Positions 54,045 through 64,000 of a stretch of DNA of 64,000 bases are shown in pieces (positions within the stretch are counted from its first letter, which is position 1; each line of letters opens with the position of its first letter). The translations under genes were made by a program, and so were the position numbers. The DNA lies in contig JBLDXI010000014.1 of assembly GCA_047495785.1 (NCBI GenBank), positions 496,001 to 560,000 of the forward strand, given 5' to 3'. Source of the stretch: Lepidodermella squamata (Eukaryota; Animalia; Gastrotricha). The notes under the pieces are model-generated. The model was not told where the DNA came from and did not search any database. It was given only the letters and a program-made list of their open reading frames with translations.

Positions 54045-56483
54045 GTAGTAGCAGGTTTATTGATGATTGATGAATCGCCATTGTAATAATTGATTTTAAC
54101 AAACATAGAAAATAAAAAGGAACAACATTTATAAACCAGCAAAAGAAACCTTACTTAGCACTCGGGATTCACCGAGCTGCTGATGAAAATATCAGAATGA
54201 CTATTTGTTTACAATTTTCCTAAATACGTTGAGCCATTTGTTGAGTTCACTAGTTCGGTCGATGGTTAATTTTGAGCTAAATACGTTGCCGAAGTAGACG
54301 TCGTAAATTGGTGGGAGCGAAGGGCGTAGGCTGGCGATTGCAGGTGATGGGTTCGGACAGTCGGTGATAAGGTGGCGGATGTAGTTCCAACTGCTGCCGT
54401 CAGTCGGCGTAGTAGCGCAGCGATGGCAATTGCCCAAGTATTGGCGCGGTGACGACAAGGAATTGCAGCGGATTTTCAACAAAGTGGTGGCAAGTTCGCG
54501 AGGAAGCATCTCAAAATAGATTTCTGCAAAGTTTGCATTGTTGACGTCGGCCAGCACGGGGTGTTGACCGTACTTGGTTACGAGTCCGTCTCTCGTTTCG
54601 TCTAAACGCTTCTTTTCCAGTGATGTTTTCAATAGTTCGTTCCTCTGTGCGTGAGGCAAGTTGGAAATGTTCCCTAAATTCAGATCGGTAGCTGCTTTCT
54701 CGGCCCTTTCAGCCAGATTACGAGGAGCTTTCCGCCCCATCCAATCGAAGTTGAGGAGCGATTGGTGTAGCAGACTGAGAGAACTGGCGTTCTTCATACG
54801 ATAGAGAAATTTGATTGCAGCCGCCGTTCGGTGGTCTTCCGGGTGTGTAAGCGGGAACTCTTTATGCAGCATACGGTGAGATGTAGCCGTGTGCAAGCCC
54901 AGGGCTCTCTTTGCGAAACGCATATGCGTCGGGGGCGAGGACGCTGGGTAGAATAAGCCCCAGATCTCGGCACCATATCCAAATTGCGATAGGACGCAGC
55001 TGTTGTAAAGTTCGCGAACTGCCCACGGAGGCAGGTGGTTGAAGAACTTGAATAACTGCGGTATGGTGCCGGCCGCGCGTTGCAATTTCAGGTTGGCCTC
55101 AGCGATAACTTTTTTGTAGAGCAGCTGTTCGTCGAGCCATACGCCAAGATATTTGAAGCTGGAGACTCTTTCGATGTCGAGGTTATTTAGACGAAACGTT
55201 ATGCCGCTAGAGGAGGGATCGGCATCGCCCTTGTAAAACAACATCCACTTTGTCTTGTCGACATTAACCGTGAGACGATTATCAAGAGAGAACCGCTCGA
55301 GTTCTGCCAGGTAGCGCTTCATATCGGCTATAGATAGTGCCAGAAACACGACATCGTCGGCGTAGAGCAGTGCACGAATCGTGTGGCAGCCTACTGGGAG
55401 GCCTTGCGTTCCACTCAGGCGGTCCAGGTTGTCGAGTAGCTCGTCTATGTATACGCAAAATAGAAGATGTGAGAGCGGGTCGCCCTGCTTGACTCCCCTG
55501 TCGGTGCGGAACGGCTCCGAGAGAATACCTTGTGACGACACAACCGCTGAGCAGCCTTCGTACATATCTTCGATTACTCTGATAAACTCATTAGGAATAC
55601 CTCGTTTTGTGAGTTTTGCCAGCAATATTTTGTGGTCGACCGTGTCAAACGCTGAGCTGAAGTCGACAAACGTGGCTATGACTTTGCGGCGGAGCTCAGG
55701 GTTGCGTTCAGTCCAGTAAGCGATGGCGGCATGGAAAACTGCAATTGCGTCGATGGCAGATGTGCCGGGTTGGAAACCGAATTGCTCGCGTCGGAGAGGA
55801 CTGCGTTGTTGAAGCCACTTTCTCAGCCTTGAGTCGAGAATCTTCGAGAACAACTTAGCCGTACAGGATTGTAATGCTATGGGTCGGTAGTTTTTCGGAT
55901 CCTTGGCGTCACCTTTTTTGAAGATAGGAATGATTACCACTGATTTCCAACCTTTGGGGTACTTCCCTGTTTCCAGTATTTTTGTGAACATGTCAGCTAG
56001 GAATGGCGCGATTGTGGTTTCTTCTCTTCTCAGGTCATCGTAGGTAATGCCATCGAGTCCGGCCGATGAAGTTAGATCACAGTCGGCGATGCAGGCGGTG
56101 ATTTCTTCTACGCTAATAGGTCTCAGCAGTTCATCGTGCTGGGTTCTGCCAGTGACCCGTTTGAGCGGTGGTTCATCACTGAGCTTGCGCCATTTTTCAT
56201 AGTCAGTCACGTCCGCACTGCTGAAAAGCAACGGGCGAGATTGGCAGTGCCAGTTCCACGAAGATGTTAGCCGGACCAGAGTTGCAGGTGGGTCGAGTGA
56301 AGATGAGTAGCCGCGTTTCCGTTGTTGGAGGAGAGCTTTCACTGATGAATCAGGCCAACCGTCGCCGAAGATTTTTGGGTCACTGCTTGGTGGCTGGGGA
56401 GCCGGATCGGGGGCGGTATACCCGCGGGACATTAGATTCGCGTAGTGTTCCTTGAAGATCGCCAGATCTGGAATGTCCTCAGG
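54045..56483 (-). mobile_element. 5'-truncated non-LTR retrotransposon, RTEX/RTE-group-like (RT plus C-terminal CCHC; endonuclease lost by truncation)
   Basis: SAGLDGI, IFKKGD...NYRPIAL, QFGF, FVDFSSAFDTV, GVKQGDPLS, LLYADD, FKYLG, YGAEIWG, CHRC-x14-H-x4-C; frame stays open from the 56483 junction to the stop at 54201; 3'UTR ends AATAAA...CTACTAC. Confidence 0.93.
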
Positions 56484-56923
56484 TCGGCCTATAAAATGGC
56501 TTAAATTGCTTATAAAATGGACGAAATGTTGGCAAAGTTGTCAAAAAAATTCTCGCTTCGCTCGAAATCCAGACATTTTCAATATTTTCTATTGAAAATG
56601 TTTCTTTTTTGCCTTTGGAAACTGAAAAATTAGCATTCATTAACGAAGTGAGACAAAATACACTGTGGAGACTCCGCCAACGATTGCAGACTCCGACCAC
56701 AGACTCGTTTATTTTCGGGCTTGGACCACACTGCACCAGGTGAATATTTTATAGGTTAATGATCAGCGTAAGTATCCAAGTTCCTCTCAGATCAAGCATA
56801 TACTATAAGAAGTAAAAATAATCAAAAGTTGGTCAAAAATCGCCACGGTTGACCGGGCCCGGTCGGGAGTGGCCAAACTTTTTTTTTACATACAGCAAAG
56901 TTTGGGCATTGTTAAATATAATA
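56484..56923. repeat. 440-bp direct repeat, copy 2
   Basis: Same sequence as 53605-54044; abuts the LINE 5' truncation point. Confidence 0.95.
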
Positions 56924-57944
56924 TTTGATTATAAATGAATAAATTAACGTTTAATTACTAAAATGTATGAATGAATAACTAAATCAAAATGACCTTGAAT
57001 TAAAAGACCGCGGGTTTTTGTTCTCCTGTCTTAGTCGGACGGATTTTTAGCTTTAGGTCCATCTTTTGGAGTTACTGTTTGCTGTTCACCTGGAAAGCTG
57101 CTTGCTTTCGTTAGCATCGATCCAATGTCCGATGTACCATGATTCTTCTTTTGGGTAAAGGAGCCACGCTCTGCGCTCCACGTTGTGCTCATCTGACATA
57201 TTAAAACCAGAGGAAATAGGCAATTCAACGCCTACTAATATATCCCCCCATGTTGTTGCACAATGCACAATTGCTGTACTTGGGGACTATCGGAACTCGG
57301 AAGGCCTGCTGAACAATAAACAAGCTAGATGTACACCACTGAAGGCAGCCGATTCTCTACATCAAATATCCAGAGGTAACCTTTCACGAAGAAATTTTGC
57401 GTACAACTGGTCAAATGCAATTGCACGCATGACATATTTCGGCCATATCCTGCGACGTCACTTGTCAGCTACTCAGCATCTGTTGGACTGCTACTTTCAA
57501 CCTGGGAACTGGGAAAATGCCGATCGCTATGCTCTCGCTTTGTTTTATAATGGAAGCCGTCTTGCGTTTCAGTTTTTAGTGGTGCTGATACCTTGCATTT
57601 GATTTCTAAGCCCGTGGATTTCTAAGATCATTGATAATCACTCAAGCTTTAGTTTGATTATTTTTGACATTGCTCACCAGAAAATATACCGAAAGTGCGT
57701 CAAGTTGGGTTTAGCGATTGTCCTCACATTGGCGCCCTCCACCATCCGCCATCTCTGCTCATTACTTATTGTTAATGAGCTTTCGCCTCTACAATTTTTT
57801 CGCGCTCATTATGTTCGAAAGATAAGAAGGCTTGCACTTGAATGGAAATGTCTCTGTTTTCAACTGATGTGTAATTTTGATGATTGGAAAGGGTTGGCAA
57901 GCTTTGAATTCCTTAATTTTTATAGCTTTAGGATTTTATGTGTT

Positions 57945-59606
57945 ATGGATAGTGATGAGGATTTTATCGACGAATCGCCTTCGCCTTTCCCGGAGGGTAG
58001 CGAAGATTACGGCATTGAGTTTGACAAACCTGAGTTGATAAACAAACCTCAAAATCAAAACGGGCCCTTTTATTTGGATGAAGATGACTTCGTTCATGAA
58101 GTTCTTGAACCAAGCCAGATTGTCGATCACATGAGAAGCATCATCCAGGAGGTCGCTGAAATAGTTACATTGCCTCTAACTTATTGTCGAGTCTTGTTGC
58201 ATTATTTTCGATGGGACAAAGGAAAAATGATGGAACAATATGTCACTGGCGATCAAGAAAAACTTTTTAAATTAGCTGGCCTACCCATGTGTGCAGTTGT
58301 GATGACTTCTGGAGGTGGGTTTCAGGCTTCTCCTCCGAACAGATCCTCTTCCAATGCTTCTCGACCTGGAAATACTTCGCCGTCATGTGAAATTTGTTAT
58401 GGAATCGTAAGCCAGTCCAGTATGCAAGGCGGTGAATGTGGCCACCAGTTTTGTACCCCTTGTTGGAATGACTATTTGACATTCAAAATCATGGACGAAG
58501 GTGTTGGTCAAACACTAGCGTGTCCAGGTGAGTCCACAAATTTTTTAAAATTCTTTCCTGAGCCATCTTCATTTCAGCTTTCGCATGCAACGTCATTCTT
58601 GATGACATGCTTGTGTTGAAACTTGTGCGAGAATCGAAAGTGAAGCAACGCTATCAGCATCTGATAACGAACAGTTTTGTCGAGACAAATCGTCTTTTGG
58701 CTTGGTGCCCAGGCAAAGATTGTGGGCGAGCAATACGCGTTCGTGAATTTGCCGCTAAACCGGTCACTTGCATATGCAGCACAGTTTTTTGCTTCGCATG
58801 TCACAATCAACGACATGAACCTATCCGTTGTGATTTGCTGAAACGGTGGTTGAAGAAGTGCGATGATGATAGCGAGACCTCTAACTGGATTGCTGCTAAC
58901 ACCAAGGAGTGCCCTCGATGCCATGTCACAATTGAGAAAGACGGCGGATGCAATCACATGGTATGCAAAAATCAGGCGTGTCGCCACGATTTCTGCTGGG
59001 TGTGTCTGGGACCATGGGAACCTCACGGATCGAGTTGGTACAACTGTAATCGCTTCAACGACGACGACGCCAAAAGGGCAAGAGAGGGTCAAGAAAAATC
59101 GCGAACTGCTCTGCAGCGATATTTGCATTATTGCAATCGCTACGGTGCCCATTTAAATTCGATGAAACACGAAAACAAACTGTACACAATGGCACAAGTA
59201 AAAATGGACCAACTTCAACAAATGAATATGTCGTGGATTGAGGTTGGCTCTTTTCGGAAAAACATTACTTGTTGTAATTTTCGTCTTTTCACAGGTCCAA
59301 TTTTTGAAACAGGCAGTCGACACGTTATGTCGCTGTCGCCAAACTCTTATGTACACTTACGCCTTCGCGTACTACCTTCGCTCAAATAATCAGTCACAGA
59401 TTTTCGAAGGAAATCAGGGCGATCTTGAACGCGCGACCGAAGAACTGTCGGAATATCTGGAACGTCAAATCAAAACTGACGAGCTGAATACCATCAAGCA
59501 AAAAGTGCAAGATAAATCTCGCTATTGTGAAGCCAGGCGTCGCGTCCTCCTCGAGCATGTCTATGAAGGCTACGACAATGAATGGTGGGATTTCGTCCAT
59601 TCTTGA
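57945..59606 (+). CDS. ARIH1: Ariadne-1 RBR E3 ubiquitin ligase, 3 exons
   Basis: MDSDED acidic N-terminus, RING1 CEIC...[56 protein letters not shown], Ariadne domain [11 protein letters not shown]. Confidence 0.97.
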
Positions 59607-60663
59607 AAGATTCTCTCTATCGCCGTAGCCACTTTCACTTCCGCCGTTTTCATACATTGAATTACTCTCGTAACCGATGTCCATATGTCTTGGAAATATC
59701 CTTATAATAATGCTATGTGTATTATGTTTACTACCGGTGGCAACCGATGAGACTTCTAAGACTTATATTGCCGATAAACGCTCACTCACCCGCAAATTTG
59801 ACTTTCGGAAAGATGATTGAGATGATGAAATAAAACTTAGCTTCAGCTGATCATATTTCTTTGTTGGTCTTATTGCCAGTGTCCGATTTATGAAAGCTCC
59901 GTGATAGAGCCTCGGTAAGGGATGGCAGATCAATATTTCCTGTCTTCATTTAATCCGATGCAACAGCTTTCCAGACTTCATCGAACCGCGTACGCATTAG
60001 ACGACCGAAGGCAAAGCGGGGTTATCTGACTTACTATCTTAGAGTAGTTGAGTTACTTTTGGTTCGAAATATCGAGGAATGCAGCTTGTCCATTTTATCT
60101 GTCAATCATCCGTGTTGTCGATTGCGAAGTTAAGCACTGAGGAACTCCCTTATTCCCTATCTTCTTAATCAATAGGGATTAAAATTCCCTTGGCACTCGT
60201 TTGGAATACCAGCCGGTAAAAAATATTTTCCCAACTTCGCTTCATTTCCTGGTTCCTGGATCGAGTAGCATCTCAAGCAAAATCATTATCACATGAACAC
60301 TCATTGGTAAAAACGATTGTCGTTTCAAAATATTCCAATTTATTACCAAAATATGAGAAGGTACGGCGAGAAGATGATAAGTGAAAAGAAATAGCGCATA
60401 ATTTCATGATCAACCAAGCCATTCCTAATCATTGAAGATGGGGAAGCCTGACAATGATACCTAACAAGTTACACTCTCGCAGGATGAAAGTAACCAAGCT
60501 ACCTATCCGAAATGCGCAATCCGTCCTACCGCATTTTAAGCCGCGATAAGGCGTGAAAGCGCGAAGTAATAGCGATTCTATAGGAGTTAATGACTTTAAT
60601 GAACAGATAATATACGCCTCAACAAATGAAAAATCACAGAGATGCATCGTATTGTTAGAGATG

Positions 60664-61540
60664 TCACGCTTCCTCAACGTAATATTCTGGCTTGCGTGCC
60701 TTTTTAGACTTATTTTCGCTGCGGTCAGATGCACGGCCGTCAGTCAACGCAGGGCGATTAGTTTCATCCTCGGCCAGTGCGAAGCGTGATCGACTGGCTT
60801 GGTTAGTTTTCCGGCGCCACTCATCAAGAAATGCAGATTCTTCATCTTCACGCATGCCCAGGAAATCGCTGCGCTCGTTTCGCTGACCAGTACGCAGATT
60901 CATCTCTCGCTCAACCACTTTGCCACGACCACCTATATGATGACCGACTTCCATCCTTTGGACACCCGTCACTGAATCACGCACGGCTTTCCTGGTTTCC
61001 CTAACTCCTCCAGGACCTTGACGAGTGGAGGACGTTGCTTGGTATATCTGAAATTGAAATCATGTTAAACTGCAATCGACACAATAATGAACAGCAAATG
61101 CTAACCTGAGGCTGTCCATCGCCATCGCTGGAAAACTTCATGACTGAGGACTGAGAGAAGCTGAAAGAATCAGGATCGTTCCTCGTATTCTCCATTTGTC
61201 GATGAATTTCGTCAAACATCTTCTCCATATGGCCAAATCCACCGAAAATGCTACCAAAACCAAAGGGGTCGCGACTGAAAGGTGCGATCTCACCATTTCC
61301 CCTACCGTCACGTCTGCGAGTACCCTCGGAAATTTGTCGCTGCTGATCATTTGATCTCCCGGCTGGAAGAGCAGGAAATTCATCGCGACCAGAGAAAAAA
61401 GAATTCATTTCTCGGAAGTGATCGTTGAACCTGGAGGGCAAAGCATAATCGTCAAAAATAGCCGCAAATGCGAAAAATTGAACTAACCCAGAGAAAAACG
61501 GGTCATTACCGAAGTCGGAGAAAAATGACCGACCAAACAT
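60664..61540 (-). CDS. MLF: Myeloid leukemia factor (MLF1/2-like), 3 exons
   Basis: DPFF, SFSQSSVM, QPQ|IYQATSSTRQGPGGVRETRKAVRDSVTGVQRMEVGHHIGGRG, FLDEW. Confidence 0.93.
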
Positions 61541-61796
61541 TTGATATATAGCTTTTTAACGCAGCCTAGCGACACATATCGAAAGAAGGGTTAAAAAAAG
61601 CGGGTGAAAAAATCAGAAAACTGTCAGTAAGCATCTTGGCAAGCTGTCTATTCGATGGATGACGTCAATGAACCAGTCTTTGAGCCAGCTTTTCAAAGAG
61701 CAGTTAAGATCACATAACGCTTAACGTCCGAAGATGCAAAGTCGGCTTACCGAATTGCTTTTCCGCAAGAACTTTTTGAACGACATTAGCGCCAAA

Positions 61797-61811
61797 ATTC
61801 CAGAATTTTCT
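61797..61811. promoter_or_regulatory. Heat-shock element upstream of MLF
   Basis: aTTCcaGAAttTTCt is three perfect alternating nGAAn units about 260 bp upstream of the MLF ATG; palindromic CRE TGACGTCA at 61660-61667. Confidence 0.5.
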
Positions 61812-62762
61812 GCATGTGAAGGTCAATAATATTTTTTCTAATTAATTTGATGTCTAATTAATTTTTAAATATTTTCCGTGTTTTAAATTCTATTTACGTG
61901 CTGCTCTTCATCGCAGGATATTTTCAAAAATTCGAAAAATCTCGAATCGGTGCTTTTTCACCGTGAAGCTCTCATTGTCCGCTTAGATATCTTACTTTCA
62001 GGTTAAAAAAGAAGAAGGGAAATGACCGACTGCTACCTGCGACTACCGGCAAGCTTTGTTTTCTTAGCAGGAGAAAACAACGATGGACATTTTATTTGTT
62101 CTCGAGACTAAACAGCGACTTAAATTGCTGGTGTAACATCCCAAGAGGTCTCAATTTTTATTGGGCTAATGTCGGGCAAAATATTCCTCAGCCAAATCTA
62201 TTCTACAATGTGCGAAGTGTCCCGAAAGAATTGACACTGAAGGACACATTTAATCTTCTATGGACAAGACACCGAAGTCAAGGGATTATTATGTTAATGT
62301 CTTTAAAGGGGCGATAATGCTCTTCCCAATGTTTTACTCCTTACATTAGCCCATAAATAGCCCCATTCATTTGTAGATTCGCGCGTATGATGTATGTATG
62401 CACAGGGCTCAGTTTACTCTCGAGACACTCACGAAACATCAACTTACAAATCCATCTTACAAATCCATATCTATCTGTTATCGCAAAAATGAGCAAAGAT
62501 TGACCGGACGCGGCATGTTGATCCCTAATGATGGACAACAAGTCGAAATGTTCAGGAGACCTCTCGTCTCAAACTCATGTTCCAAGGATGACGCATGAAT
62601 TTGTTTAGCTTCTGACTCATTATTCTAAATTTTTCATCGATCGAATGGATCCTGAGCTGTCTTCTTTCGGGCTGCATGGCTCCTTATAACGGCCGCATAA
62701 TAAAGAGGTAGATGGTTAGATTTTAATGATCTCGAACGAATAGTGAGTCGGTCTCAAATTTA

Positions 62763-63850
62763 TTAGAAAAATAGTATAAATGACAGTAGCTTAGCAGTTC
62801 GATTCACAGAAATTGAAACTGATCATTAGGGTTTCTTTTCTCACCCAATGCCGCCGAAGCACAAGGAGGCATCCAAGCAGAGATGTTACCGTCCACAACG
62901 ATGGGCGTATTTTCAAGCTGCTCGAAGTTTGCGTTGGCGGTCGATACTAGTAGTAAATGACGGAAGATGAATAATCAAGATCGGGAAGAAATGAGCCGAG
63001 TAAACTTACTAGTATAATATTGCCACAGGCAATGATGCTTCCTAAATTACAACCTTAAATTCGCTTATATAAAAAATATAATCAAGCTAAAACCAGAGTT
63101 TCCGGAGCTCATGCTCTCTTCGGCACCACCGATACCTGTGAAAATAATTAGTCGTATCAGCTTTCAGCCATGGTGACATCACAGAAATAATAAATATTTA
63201 CCGAAATCATCCATGGACTGATGGATTGCGAGGGACCTGCCGACTACATCGTAAGTTGCATCCTTAGATCTGCATTCAATTAAACAACAGCGGGGTCTAT
63301 ATAATTTATTGAAGAAACAAGAAACAACTCACCCAACCCTAATTAATTTGTCCGTGATGGAAATTCTGGTCTTTCCAGACGAGTCTGATCTGAGGATTCA
63401 ATAATGATTATTCGTGCACCAAAGATATAGGATACTCGCAATAATTTACCTAATATTTCCGAGATCCCCCACGTGTCGAGTTGATGAATTTCCTGTTTGC
63501 GGACCATGATTAACGCGCTTTGGATTGAAGTGCTTCCCAAGGGCTGAACAGCCGCCGGCCTTCGATGATGCCTGACTTTCGTGAACATGGAAGCCATGCC
63601 AATTATTACCCGGAAATATCGATTGCACCATTCCAGTTAGATTGACGTATCTCACGGTGTTTCCGTTAGCAAGCGTTTCGCTGAATTCTTGAAGTAAAAT
63701 TGTTCCCACGATATTCATTTCCATTCCGAAGCCCTGGGCAGAGTACATTACAACACTAGCATTACCCGTCATAACTGTCGTCGACTGCGACTCGGCATCT
63801 TCGAAATTAATCGCAATTATTGATAGCAGCAAAAACGAGCAAGTAATCAT
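62763..63850 (-). CDS. Secreted Cu/Zn superoxide dismutase (SOD3/sod-4-like) with hydrophobic C-terminal tail; 6-7 exons
   Basis: Signal peptide, HGFHVH, GC, GKHFNP, NHG, RHVGDLGNI, VGRSLAIH...DDFG, SGNSGSIIACG, tail SLWTVTSLLGCLLVL...LLSFILFF*; AATAAA overlaps the stop codon. Confidence 0.9.
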
Positions 63851-64000
63851 GTTGCCTATAAGAAAAGACTGGCTGTCAAATTTAGGGCCACTATAAAAGT
63901 GTGGGAAACGATATTATCGGCATGTTGCTGTTAGATTGAGGTGTAAGAGCGTTACATTTAATGGTAAACAAAGAGAAGGACAGGGGATGAATGAGCTACG

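Noticed and set aside
53605-56923. LTR retrotransposon or Penelope-like reading of repeat-RT-repeat
   Set aside because: The repeats lack TG...CA ends and no PBS, gag, integrase or GIY-YIG region is visible. The RT motifs are LINE-type and the ORF is cut mid-frame at the repeat boundary.
57031-57900. ORFs upstream of ARIH1, including the 57654 extension
   Set aside because: No recognisable motifs; ARIH1 homology starts at MDSDED (57945), just after a splice acceptor.

Overview
Eukaryotic, gene-dense metazoan DNA from an invertebrate-type compact genome (most introns 47-70 nt, short intergenic gaps); I cannot name the species. Hand-spliced gene content, left to right: five tandem aldo-keto reductase (AKR1-like) paralogues, three Na+/K+-ATPase beta-subunit paralogues, ALIX/PDCD6IP, a miniature EPSTI1-like gene, TAF9 preceded 86 bp upstream by an orphan ORF, a 5'-truncated CR1/L2-group LINE, a MITE-like element, an M13 neprilysin/ECE peptidase, Rap1GAP, SURF6/RRP14, TCTP (with a TCT/5'TOP start), SPEN/SHARP, a 5'-truncated RTEX-like LINE flanked by an apparently identical 440-bp direct repeat, Ariadne-1, MLF, and a secreted Cu/Zn SOD with a hydrophobic tail. 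The most notable observations are: (1) the 440-bp target-site-duplication-like repeat around a young LINE; (2) operon-like or shared-leader gene pairs (orphan ORF-TAF9 and TCTP-SURF6), plus splice acceptors just upstream of most housekeeping ATGs; (3) very degenerate splice sites, including a required AG|GCCTGT donor; (4) a SOD carrying Ile at the catalytic Arg143 position; (5) an extra conserved cysteine pair in all three beta subunits. All gene models and alignments were made by eye from remembered family motifs; no searches were run.
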